Source: Massalongia carnosa (lineage: Eukaryota). Taken from it: a DNA stretch of 64,000 bases. Below are positions 12,501 to 24,542 of the stretch, piece by piece (position 1 is the stretch's first letter; each line of letters opens with the position of its first letter). The stretch covers positions 1,178,001 through 1,242,000 of the forward strand of contig OZ287079.1 of the NCBI GenBank assembly GCA_965645245.1, given 5' to 3'. The position numbers and the translations under genes are program-made. The notes beneath the pieces are model-generated. The model had not been told where the DNA came from, searched no databases, and saw only the letters and a list, made by a program, of their open reading frames with translations.

Positions 12501-13388
12501 AGGGATATATTCTCTGTGCCTGGCATGAGTGCAGTGGTCGAACGCTTGTTCTCTTCGTCCAAATTGATGATTCCAGATCATAGGAATCGTCTAAAACCCG
12601 ACTTTATTGAGGCAGGAGAGTGTATTAGAAGCTGGGCCATGGGTGGGCTAGTTCTAGGAGACTATTTCGAGTACTTACCAGCGTACCAGAAGGCAGGAGA
12701 GAAGTTCGGGGATCAAGGGAACCCATAGGAGGTGGGATGAGTGCATGGTTGCCAAGGGGACTAGAAGTTGATATTTGCTATGTTTGATGGCAAATTTGGC
12801 ATTGCTGGAAAGGTTCTTTTAGGTATCTTTTGAATTTTTCCTAGTTAATTTTAGTTGAAAGGTTCAAAAACTACATTGAGTTCGTGGAGAACAAATGCAA
12901 AAACACTCCTTCCTCATCACTTCAACATCGCAACCTCAATCTACCACCTATATTTCAGACTCTACCCCCTAGCCGAGGTTTACCGGGCCATGGAAGGTGC
13001 GAAAATCCAGCCAAAATCATCAAAACACAAAGGTCGTCGTCCTCGCTTAGCTGGGTCGTCGTCTCGATTAGGCAATTTATATCTACTACAAAGTGGTTTT
13101 ACGCTCGAGGGAGGTTCCGGAAAGGTTTGTACGCACTGCACTTCAGTGGAGTCCATGGAGTCCATGGATTAAATGGATTAAATGGATTTAATCCAGTGGA
13201 GTCCACTGGATTTACTCCACTGGAGATCCATGGACTCCGATCCACTCCATCCATTAAATATATTCCTTAATGGAGTCCAATCCATTAAGGTTTAATCTTA
13301 ATGGACTCCAATCCATATAGGTCTAGACTTAATGGATTGGATTGGAGCGCCACTCCAATCCAATCCAGTCACTCCATTGCGAACACTG
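9580..13388 (+). mobile_element. hAT-superfamily DNA transposon, copy 1 (3809 bp)
   Basis: Perfect 20-bp TIRs CAGTGTTCGCAATGGAGTGA at 9580-9599 and 13369-13388. TGGA/TCCA-rich subterminal repeats at both ends, an internal hAT transposase, and a second copy at 58980-62726. Confidence 0.97.
9951..12728 (+). CDS. hAT transposase (BED zinc finger, DDE core, C-terminal dimerisation domain), 5 predicted exons, apparent premature TAA at 12252-12254
   Basis: Predicted introns 10116-10167, 10490-10669, 11838-11886 and 12264-12311. Motifs: WIWDW..YWVCNKC..GEHLRKDH (BED), ISFDLWSS, VLDNAGDN, RCFGH (CxxH), RWFST, and LEWWK..YPRLAQMARDIFSVPGMSAVVERLFSSS. Confidence 0.88.
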
Positions 13389-14421
13389 GATTCGGCCAAG
13401 GCCCGGCGAAAACCAACGGATTGGGGTCGTTTAGGAGGATTCATTGGTCACTTGCTTATTTCGGTCCTTCATGCGCGTTTTGAACTATCCAAAAGAAGGA
13501 AAAAGAGAGATGTAGGTAGAACCTTGTCGTGGTATCGCCGGACGTCGTATTTAGTATATACCCTCAGAATTAGCTGAAACTACTGGTAAAAAAAAACACG
13601 TCGCAGAAGAGAATGATGACAATCAGATAAAGGCAGCTTGAAAAAGTCAAGGATGAACGGAAACTGTCTTCAATAGATGACTTTTGCCAGAATCGGGTTT
13701 CATGTAACATAGCTCTCAGATGAACTCAAGCTCGTTTTCCGGCTTTCCAAAACGCCCGTATTGTTAGCGGCTTCTATCCCGCATTGGATTTTCATGCCCT
13801 CATCCTCTACTCTTGATTCTGCTCCTCATACCCCTTCTTTTGCTTTCCATCGTTTCTTTCCTCAGTTGAAATTCTAGGCGCCTTGCGCGTTATACATATG
13901 TCATGATTTGACTCAAACAGCTCGGACAGCTCAGCGAGCCCCGGGCAAGCTAGGGGCGCACCGTACTTGCTCCGAGCGCAATTTGAGCCCCGAGCTAGCC
14001 CTCAGCTATCCCTCAGCGCAATTGTTCACCTGCTGGGCCGGTTCCCGATTTGCCGATGCGACGCCTCATTTATATCTTTATTCATTACAGTTGAGATTTG
14101 CATTTTACAATCGTTGGATTGAGATTTAGATTTTTCAAATTTCCAAACGATTCATAAGGCTTATGATCGATCGTAATGCTTGTCAGAATAGGTATCTCAG
14201 ATCTTCTCTTAGCGATATAACAAATAAACTTAAAATTGTTGTTGTATGTTCTTTTCATTAATGACTTAAACAGCTGTTGAGCATTACTCGGTGGAAAAAG
14301 ACGAAATGTATCAAAAGCCTAAAGTCCAACTAGTGAGGAGCCGTCTTGTGATATAGATACCACATCCGAAGATGGATAAAAGTACTCCCCATCGCATGGC
14401 AGCGGCTTGATTCAGCTTGAT

Positions 14422-15271
14422 TCAGCTTCTCTTCGCAGTTGCAGACTCATTCCTAGAAGTAGAATTAGCCTTGGATCTGTCAGCGGGGCATCGCAATACA
14501 TACAATCGCGGGAACGGTTCGTTGGGAACATCGAGGCCTAAAAACGTGCAAATCGGGTCCCATCCCTCTTTGACATTGAAGACGAGAAGTCTCTCGCTGG
14601 AGATCCGTCGCATAACCTCCACATTATGCCGCCGGTGAACGAGAGGCCCTTCACCGTCGTATCGTTCTCTCCAACCTGACACGAAACTTGGTGTCATCCA
14701 CACGGAATCCGCCAAGCTCCAAATTGGCCAAATCAGCGCCCGCAAAAATAACCCTCGCCAGTTGTTGCAGTAGTAAACTCCCAACGTGTCGACCCACGAC
14801 CGCCACCATTGCTCGTCGGAATCACGAGCTGACAGCAGCACAACACTGTCTGGATAAAGGTCGCTCAATTCCGCGTAGAAGTCCATGGTAGGTGAGTCAA
14901 GGGTGGCGTTGTACGGAGTCGTGAGCTCAGCCAGTGAGACTCTCCACTTATTCGATGCAGTTCATCCGCGTTTGCATCGGGCTTTAGCGAGCAGCAATCT
15001 CGCATACTTGGATTGTTCACCGTCTAATATCAACCTTGTCATTAGCTGACAATTATCATGAAAGAAAGAGATTTGCGCCCTCAACCATCGTGATGGCTGA
15101 GGATTCCGAAAAAGGATGAATGGATGTATCATTTGACGCTCACTTCTCACGGCTATGAAGGACTAGTCCACGTCCGAGAATCTCTAGCGCAGCTGCAATC
15201 AAAGTTGTTCCAGTTCGAGGAAGACCCGCCCCAATGATGCGCGTCATCTTGCGGTGGCCCATGGAGGCCAT
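14422..15271 (-). pseudogene. Fungal sulfotransferase-like P-loop protein (Sulfotransfer_4 type), disrupted
   Basis: N-terminal IIGAGLPRTGT motif, then DSPTMDFYAEL..LYPD..V.LS.RD...WW.S and RLLVFNVKEGWDPICTFLGLDVPNEPFPR. In-frame TGA at 14964-14962. A further TGA at 14424-14422 precedes a hydrophobic tail that stays open to 14311. Confidence 0.75.
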
Positions 15272-16027
15272 TGTGAATAGTTGACGTTCTTTGGATTGAA
15301 GGGGAACGTGAAAGGGGGGGACTAGTTGAACCTTTGGAAGAGTATCCATTTTCCATTCTTGCCGCAATCACTCTATAACGGTCCATCTTCCTACATGATG
15401 GAGAGTGGAGCAGCAAATAGTCCATTCGGATGCACAAAGATGCAAATAAAGTGTGCCACGTGTGCTTAATTAGAAAAGGGGGTTGTGGATGAGACATCAT
15501 TCGTTAGAACCTGCATTGCATCTGGTGACACGTACTCTGTATTTTGCCTTTAACCCGGAATCGATGGGACGCCCAGAGATCAAATGCATCATGACGTGAC
15601 GACGGCAGTGATCATGGGAGATTATTGTACCTCCACTTAGTCGTTCTAGGATCAGTGGATCAGTTTTCCAGGATTACACCCTATTGATCACGAATATGGA
15701 TTAATCAAATGCGCTAACATTCTTAATCAAGTCAAATCAAAACATGTCGAGTAGGTCCGGGTTCTGACTTAACACATCGAACACGAAAGAATTATAATAT
15801 CAAGTATTTACACAACATATCCTATTCACATCATGACATACAATTCTTTCTATTCATTTTGGCTACTCAACTCAAAAAAAATTCCAAAGCGAATCGTTGT
15901 TGACTTCAGTAGGAAAGTTGATTGTGCCTTGAAAATTAATTGCGTTTTCTGGCGGGTCACTCTCTTCTGCGTCAGCTGGTCGATAACTGTCATACGATTC
16001 CCCTGTTCCACGGGCACTTCGATGTAG

Positions 16028-19000
16028 TTAGTTATTTGTTTGATTATCGAGACTTGGGCCGAACCTCTCAACATTGTATCCATCTAGTTCATAGACTTGA
16101 TTGTCCTGCAATTCAGCGAGAGGAGACTGATAATCAGCAGATGATATATTGTTGTTCTGTGACATTACGTGTGAGAGACGTCTTCTTGGAGGGTTGACAG
16201 CAAGCTCAACGCGGTTTTCGGATTCGACAATAGAGTTAGAGCCTAGCTTGAAAAGTCTAGCAAACCTTCCCAATGCAGCAGGTGAAGAATCCCCCAAACA
16301 ATAATTGGAGTCTGAATAGCGAGTTATGGTGCTGAGACGCTGGAAATTTTGAGTCAAGTCAGGCGGTACCCAATTCTTACGGCGAATTTGCTGGCTAGGC
16401 GTTCTGCTAGCCCATCGGCGAGAATTCTTGTTAAGATTTTGGCGGGTTTCTAATATAGAAAACAAAACAATCAGCGAAAGATCCAGCGAAACAGAACACG
16501 GTATCGAACTTCTCTTATAATCTTCATCCTGCAGTAGTGATCTCGGGAATCTGCTGATTGTATATGTCTCGGCATTACTCAGACAAAGTGAAATCTCGGT
16601 CTCAGCGAGTTTGCTCGATAACTGCAAAGTGATTTTGCTCATACTGAACTGTCCTTGTCGAATCATCCGTTCAATCACGTCCGAGCTGATTGCCGCTGAT
16701 TCCGCAGAATTCTCTCGATGCACTTCTTGTATCATGAAGTAGGGATTGCATCCATCTTGCGCATTAAGTTTAAAGAATTTTCCTAGTTCGATAATCTCGG
16801 AACTATCCGGTAGCAGCCGGGAATAGATGTTACCTGTGGCTCATTATCAGCACAAGGGTCTTAGAATGCACAACGGCGAGACAAGCCTTTGCACTGAAAG
16901 GAATCGTCCTCTGTTAGTTCTGCCGGGGCAGACTTTTCAAAATAAAAGCTGGATGCAATCAGCTGTAGAGCTACTTTTCGAATCCGGTCATCGTCGCTGA
17001 ACTTATCTCGTGTGAGGCCCTGAAGATGTTTCATTCGATGGACCTCGTCCAATCCTGGGGGATCTTCGACGAGTCGTGGGTTCAGCCGCACGTATCTTGG
17101 CCTATAGATCAAAGGCGGCTGTAGAACATTCATATAGGTTTCCCAAGTCTTTTCTGAGTCCAAGCTCGACGCTATATGGTCTTTTGCAATCTTGTATAAA
17201 GATTTCCCGTGTGAAAACACTCCCAGACGTAGCGGCGAAGTTTTTTCAACAGCTGGGCGAGAGCTCGGGTTGAAGGCAGTCCCGATCGACACTACAATAT
17301 CTGGGTATTCATCTTCCATGTTTGGCCAGATAAGTTTTCTTTCCTTGTCGGCAATCTGTATCGGGTTGTTGTGGTAGATTGCACCATCTGCATATATTTG
17401 TTTCGAAGCATAATGACAAAGTGGTTTGAAAATCATCGGTGCTGCTGAAGTGGCTCTCGCACTGCTGGATTGTGAGATGCTGATTAACAGAGAAAGTGCT
17501 CTTACTTACGCTTCCCAAAGCTTCATCTCCGATTTCAGCTTCTCGGGCCTTTGAAAATGATAAGGGACTTCATAACGTCAGTGATAGAACAAGGAGTTAC
17601 CCTAGAAAAAGTAAGGCCACAAACGTTTTTCGTTGCAGAGCCGGTTATAATTGGCCAGAACGACCGGACTTCCTGCAGCCGAAGTTGTCGTTACCGCAAG
17701 CTTAACTTCGGATCCATACGACTGATGTGGCCGAGAACCTCCGAAAAGATACTCTTCTTCTGAAAAGGCGCTAATCAATGCCTCCTGAAGCGGCTGAGTC
17801 TCATATTTTGAGTGATTATAGCTAAAAGAAGAATCTCAGCGATTACTGTGTAACGGAGATGTGAGAGAATATGGCGAGAGAGGCTGTTACTTATCAATGA
17901 ACCATCCAACGCCAGGAATATTGCCACCAGTGCGACGTGTGAACGCCTTTTGGCACAAATCTTCGAAATGTCGAGTGCATTGCTCAACTGACCACGATTT
18001 TGCCGCAAGACCAAGCGCGATGATACCTCCAGTGCTAAGCCGGTCTAGTTGGTATCATCCATAGTATAGGTTTTGTAACAAGGCTAAAATACCTGGTTCC
18101 TACGATCAAATCAAAGAAACACTGTATAGGCATCCTTCCGCCCATCGCGCGTTCAATGAGTCTCAAAATTTCTAACTCGACTATGCCTCGAATTCCACCT
18201 CTATATTTGTTTTTAGTGAGGACTGAAAAGTCTTGGGTATTTAAAGGTCTTGCCTACCCATCAAGCGTTAAGATGCGTATGCCAGCCGCGGCTGGTTTAA
18301 TTAAGACCCTCCACATTTGATGTCGTGGCCTGATTAGTGTTTCCATCGGACAGCCAGTCATCTCTACCACCGTCTTGCCTCGAGACTTTCCATACGCCAT
18401 GAGACATGGTGTACAGAGAACATGGCCGCATGGCAATGCGTGCTCTGGGGGCTCGAATAGGCAAGAGAAGCAAGTAGAATGACTTATGAAATTACTTGGC
18501 CGGCCTCGTGCAGTGTGGTCAAAAAAATGATCAAGTACAGTGTCTTTGTGAATCTGGGCGGCCGCCTGAACTTCAGATCCGTCCTCATCCTCGGTTCTTG
18601 AGCGAAGAATTGTTAGTAGTTCACACAGTCGCGCGTATATTTCTTTTTGAAATTTCTCTTGGTAATTTGGAAACGAGAAAAGTGAGATATATCCTCCCAC
18701 GGCCAAGACTTTTCCATTTTTAAGCTGATGTCCTTTAGATCCATGGCCACCTAAGGGAGCTATGTTATATGAAAATCTTTGAATAGGCATGAAAATGAGG
18801 GACTCACTACGAACATTGACGCATCTAGCGCCACCCCCAGGTTTTATATACTCGCAAGGCCAATGTCGATCACAGAAGTTTTCTAATGCGGCATCTATAT
18901 GTTCCAGGTACTGTGGGAATATTTGATCGGCAGTTCCTAGGAAAAGTAAATAAGACTACTATTCATGTCCATACCAATCACTCCCCTTTACCTCTGATTT

Positions 19001-21111
19001 TATGCCTCGCAGAGTCTAGCATAATACATGAAGCAACCATGTAACTCAGTTCTGTGAAGAGGATTTGACCGTCGGCTTCGTTCTCCCAAACTTCCATTAG
19101 GTTGATCGCTAGCTTAAGGATATTTCCGCCAAAATCTAGTGGGATTGGGCTGTTTGTAAAAGACGCCTGGACAAAATCAAATGGAGTGTCGAGATTGCAG
19201 GCAAAATGGTCAAAAGCAAACTGTAGATAAGGCTGTAACTCCTCAGCATCAAGCAGCATACGGAGGGCACCTTTACGCCGCCGTGCTTTCGCACAAGCTA
19301 GCTGGATGTTAACGTAGAGTTTTTGTATTTGATCGTTTATTAAATTTGGCCGACCATTCGTGGGAACATGCACGACTTTGAGGGAGCTGTAATAAGACAG
19401 AAGAAGCTGTTCGACGGTCTCAATATGACGATTGCGTTCGCGCCAAAAGTGTGCATACTTCTTAAAAGTAGCGTTCTGAAAGACCGTCTTTGACAAAGAT
19501 TCTAATAGTACAGAAGTGGCTGATGAGACTTCCCATAATGTGGGATCTATGTCATTTTCCGAGGCATTGAGAATGATGATTGCGTGTGGGAGTACCGGCT
19601 GATTCGATGATTTCTCGAGAGCGGCTGCAGCCCAGTTTATGAGTTTTTCGAAGACGCTCTCGATGACTCTAGTTAGAGATTTTGTTGTCATCAAAAACTG
19701 GTTTTCTAGCCTCTAGTGAGGTTTTCTTACCTAGGGTTCCTAAGCACAAAAACAACAACATCTGAAAATGTATAAAGGAGGCGGGGGTATAGATGCGTTA
19801 CCGCAAATTCTCGACTTCTTTTAACACTTGTGTCTGCCCAAGTGATTTCTCGCTCTGAAGTATGGTTAATTCTTCGTATATTCCGTTCAAAGGGACCCAT
19901 TCGCCCAAGCTTGGAGCCTTTGTCCTTGGTTTTCCGCCATGCACCGAGTGGCTCTCGTTCACCCCCTTCAAGCCCTTCGCAATCGGCATAAAGTATCGGT
20001 TTGTCGGAGTCCACAGTTTGGGGGTCTACATACAGATGAACATCTCCCGAAGTAGGTACATCCTTGCCCACCGAGCCTACGACCGGAGTAGCATAGGCTT
20101 CTTCATCTCGATGGCAGAGATCAATCACCAACTTGATGATTGTGCTCTTTCCGGCACCTATGATGCTGAGTTAGGTATTTTTTCCCTCTTCATTCAGAGA
20201 AGAGTTACCTGTTTGTCCCACAAACGACACTAGGCTCGGATACCGATTATCATGGCCCACTTTAGCCATTGAAGTGTTTGCAGCTCTTCCAGAACGTAAA
20301 GTGCTAGTCATCAGATCTCCATACCTTCCATAATCGCGAAAGAGAGGTAGCTCGCCATCCTCCCGGATAATCCCAAACCAAGTGGTGTTTTGATCATTTC
20401 GATGTAGAATATCCTGTTCCGCATCGGTCGTGCTTGGCCTTAAAATGGTTTGTACTGTCTTTGCAATGTTATGGTCGGTTTTCTCATGAGGTACAGCGCC
20501 AAGTACAAGACTCTTCTTCTTGTGTGGCAGCTGTAACTGCCAGCATTTATCACAGAAGACGTTGCCGCACACATTACAATAAGATCGACTAAGACCAAAA
20601 GTTTCACATTGCTCACAAAGCTGATGGCCGGCCTCAGTTGAAACAGAGGAGCGATTCTTTGAAGAGGTATGAGAGATGGATCTGAACCGAGGTAAGCCCG
20701 ACTGTCTTGCCCCCAACGATTATTCTGAAGTGTCACCTGTCTTTGAGGGAGACATGATCCGTCCCATTCCACTCTGCGTGAAGTCTTCGGGCCATTTGCT
20801 CGTCGGACTCCTCTTCGGCTCCGCCAGGAATCCCATCATCCAGATCAATTAGACTGTATTGTGAATGCAGGCTGGAATACTTATCAGTCAATTCAATTTT
20901 GCAAATTTTGTACTTTAAACTTATAAACCCACTGTCTACGGGGATCACCGCTTGGCTCACCGTCATCGCCGTGTATGTACCGTCGCGGGGATTTTGTAAT
21001 ATCAATTGGCCGTAAATTTGGAGATATATCCAGCTGAATAAGATTCTCTTCAGACTCCCAATGAGGTAAATCTTGATAGGAACTTGGAGCTTTTGAAGCC
21101 ATGCTTGGCAT
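16028..21111 (-). CDS. Large multi-exon protein: MIU-like motif, Cys/His zinc finger, P-loop GTPase-like domain, RING finger and patatin-like phospholipase
   Basis: Exons can be joined in frame. Motifs: DEQMARRLHAEW; CEQC..CNVC..FCDKCW..H; GQTGAGKS (Walker A across an intron); ILYADCEG; CFSCLFEPPEHALPCGHVLCTPC (RING); LTLDGGGIRG, FDLIVGTSTGG (Ser nucleophile), ARATSAAP and DGAIYHNNP (patatin). Confidence 0.88.
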
Positions 21112-21638
21112 CCTTGTAGCATCTGATCCCCGAGCAGCATGTGAAATTCTCTTTAAATGTGCTCACCTGGAGAGTCTTGCAAGTTGGTGCATCCAAAAGC
21201 CTAATATCAAAGTATCGCAGCTGAGGCATGGCTTCAGCCTTGCCCGCGCTTCCACAATGATGTTCTCTAACAAGGCTGAATAATCGACAGATGATTCGTC
21301 AGTGACTGCCGTACAGAGAAGTCGGAATCTGTGCAGCTACTTTGTAATGGAGCACTTATTTATGCAGGAAGCAGGTGTTTTCATCTGAAGTGAGCTGCAA
21401 AAGTGGCAGTCGATAGAGTTGAGCGATACGTCAAAGGAAATGGGTAGAATGAAGAAACGAGCCTTTGTAGTCCTGAAATCTTTTATATCATACACATAGG
21501 AGCTTTGGCATGACGTTGCTAAAGCTTACTTCCTATACTCCTATACTAGGTTTCTAGGGACGGTTGCCTGAGTAACAATTGGCTTTAGTGCCGTTGTATA
21601 GAGTATGTATCCATCTACTTTTCCTCAACGAAACTACT

Positions 21639-21893
21639 TCATCTGCCCAGCATTTTCGACTCCCTCTTCAAACCATCCTCTATCCCTGTTCCCACACTGG
21701 ACACCGAATCTCCAACGGGCTGTCCCGCACTGCCTGTAGCGTTGCTGATTGTATAGCCAAGTCCCCTGCCCCCGGCACCCACAATGCCCCCAACGGTTCT
21801 TCCAAGCCCACCAACTATGTTGCCGACAGTGCTAGTGACAAAGCGAGCGCCTTCTGTCAAGCCAGACGGCTTGTCGCAGGGGAGGGTGGGCAT
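21639..21893 (-). CDS. Small glycine-rich hypothetical protein (about 84 aa)
   Basis: ATG at 21893. The STVGNIVGGLGRTVGGIVGAGGRGLG..TG.AGQPVGD...VGTGIEDG pattern resembles small Gly-rich fungal proteins; function unknown. Confidence 0.55.
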   Translation of the reverse strand: MPTLPCDKPSGLTEGARFVTSTVGNIVGGLGRTVGGIVGAGGRGLGYTISNATGSAGQPVGDSVSSVGTGIEDGLKRESKMLGR

Positions 21894-22557
21894 GATCGTG
21901 GAGACGGATGAATGACCGTTGTATTGCAGGCGAAGGCTACTTTTCCTGATAATTGAGGATTCTAGGGGAGGATAGTGAAGGATGATAATTATTGAAAAAC
22001 TCCAGTGCATGAATGAGAAGTAATCTAACCGGGATGAGAATAGAACTTGGACATTGCCGTGTCACATGAAGGATTAGACAAAATGATATTACTATTCATC
22101 AACTAAAAAGAAGCTGCATGGTTCCAGGCAGTCGGACGAGAAACTGCTACTGTAAGGGAGCACAGACGGACGGACAGTCATACAGCAAACTTTGCGCCAG
22201 CGGTGCTTGGGAACGAGAGGTGACTTCCTTTGCGACGACGCAGCTTCCGGATCCTCCAGAGATGATCATGGACTAGCTGGCTAGAACGACTTCATTGACA
22301 GCCAGGAAAACCCCACTGGAATCTCGGTTTAACTTGCTCAAGGAGCTGCATCGGACCTTTTAAATGACCTTCTGCCTGTAGAAGTCGCGAAGAACCCTCT
22401 CGGCGAGCCGGCAGCGAATATCCCATCCAGCAACAAGATATTGGATAGGTCTAGGACCATTGGGAGCGGAAATTTCGCCTCAGACAGTACGGGCTCGGAG
22501 CAAGTTAGGTGTTGATGCTGTGGGGATAGTCCCCTTTCAAAGTCCCGGGATGGATAG

Positions 22558-22682
22558 TGTTTAAAATAGGAGGGATGGATGGAGAATGATGGACCCAATG
22601 CACAGAAAATAGGTGGCAGAGTGCCAGAAGTCTCTGGATAGTACAGAACTTCTATGGATGAAATAATTCAGATTATTGCGAC
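22558..22682 (+). repeat. Dispersed ~120-bp repeat, copy A (copy B at 58269-58384)
   Basis: Near-identical direct copy starting tgtttaaaataggagggatggatggagaatgatggaccc and ending gattattgcgac. Confidence 0.9.
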
Positions 22683-23328
22683 TGATCTCTAGGCTATGCG
22701 TAGGAGTGATGCTATATACATGTTGATCACAGAACAGTCGAGATTCTCCTCGAACGTCTATAGGCCTGAATTTCTAAGCATCGAAGTACCAGAAATTCTT
22801 AGATGTAACTATTCCCATATCAGTAAAATACGCGAAGGCATTCGCATATTACGTCAGATATGATCCAGCTGGCTTGGCATTCGCAACAGATAGGTTTTCG
22901 GTGCCACACTTACGTCAAATACGAAGGCACTGGCTGATGGCGCAGGCGCCCGAATATGGACTATTATTCGGCGATTGATAATCAAAATGAAGTCTATATC
23001 GTCCACGAATTGAACTTTATAGAGGGAACGTAGCCCTGGCGAGATCCTCATGCATTCCTGTTACTGATTTGATCCTACACCGTGACATAAAGATATGGTA
23101 TTGCGTCAACCGGCTTGCAAAATAGCTTGTCTAGGGAAATTTTGACCACTATTAATTATACGCCAAGGTAAAGTTATCCGATCAAGCGGATCTAATAGCA
23201 TATATATAAGAAGCTATACCTTCATAGGCAAAGCAAGCTTACTACAGTAAACATTGAACAAAACGTAGCAACCTCATTTCCACCCTGGAAATCCAGCATT
23301 TGACAGGCTATACAACGTTGCTTCAGAA

Positions 23329-24542
23329 TCATCCGATATCTTTTCCCTTGGTCCGTCTGCTTCGTGGGAGCTGTAACAGCATACTCGAAGAGTCTACAAA
23401 GGCCACGAACGATAGAGCCGGGTCCTGAGGAAGGCATCCCCAGACTGATATTGGCAGCGTTAATAGCACCGTGGTAGAACCCGATCGGAAAAGGCCTTCC
23501 ACTGTAACCATTTCCCGCTCGACGAACGAGGGTAAACCGTGACTTAAGTAATTTATCCACTCTTGAATATCCGGGAGCCCAGCCTCAGCACTGAGCGAAA
23601 ACTTTATCAGTACTTTGGGCTCACTGGTGTGGCGAAGCTTCGGTGGTATTGGCTGCACGAGCGCTATTGGGGGCGGGCCGTCGAAGATTGGAGCCAGGAA
23701 GATTGACGGCTTCGCCGTATCGGATCGTTGAATATGAATTGGTGTTTGACCACCGATTATGCGGAATTCTCTCGAACAGAGGCGTCCATAAAGCATAGAA
23801 ATATTGAATGGACCCGTAAAATCTTTCATCGCAGCGATGAGACGCGTGATAAATGACCGTATGCCAGGACCAGTTGAAACTTCAGCCACGCCACTTGACG
23901 CCAACACCTCAACTTTACTAGCAGTTCCGGCTGTAGCCTCGAAACAAGTGTTAAGAATCACAAGGAAATCCGAGTTATTGTCATCTAATTCGAGAGACGT
24001 TTTAAGAGCGGACTAGTTCACCTTTGTCCTAATTTCCCCAGACGCCCTACAGAATCTAGTTAGTCAAAATCTATATTCGTTGTTGCTGTATAAATGAGGT
24101 TAGCACTCACCGCCAGATAATTTTCTCTTCGGAGTTTGCTACCCCATGACCGCTGTAAACCAAGATTCCCGTTATTGAATCGTTTTTATCTATGAAGTTT
24201 ACTACTTTCTTGATTATGCTTGTTGCTTCCTATAAGCTTTATTTATACAAGGTCATTTGACTAACCAATTTTTCTTGCTCCGGTAGGAATCTTCCAGATC
24301 TCGCAATTAAACCTGAAAGAGTCTGTCAAAAACTGCACCAGTTTCTCCAACTCAACAATGCAGCCCAAGTCATCTTCTTCGAAGCATATCAACAGTACAT
24401 TAACTTCATTATAAGGCTGAGTTTGGGACGGTAGCTGGGCGTTAATCGCAGTTTCCAGCTTCTTTGAGAACTCCGTCCAGTCCTGTAGGCTTCGGGGGTA
24501 GAGAGCTGCTGCTAGCGGGTTGATATTGGTTTCTCTAGACAT
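23329..24542 (-). pseudogene. Caspase/metacaspase-like (peptidase C14-related) fungal protein, disrupted
   Basis: YNEVNVLLICFEEDDL..E...L..F....WKIP, then LVYSGHG (catalytic His region), ILNTCF (where DxC is usual), and a C-terminal VEGLFRSGSTT..LP..VW..LP.DPA..FVAFV.S block. In-frame TAG at 24015-24013; the first intron has a poor phase fit. Confidence 0.7.

Noticed and set aside
12855..13577. Short ORFs in the hAT 3' region (and their mirrors at 59051-59451)
   Set aside because: They run through subterminal repeats, change with the indels and have no protein motifs.
13908..14030. Cluster of gagc/gctc motifs resembling a TE subterminal array
   Set aside because: No TIR pair or TSD could be defined.
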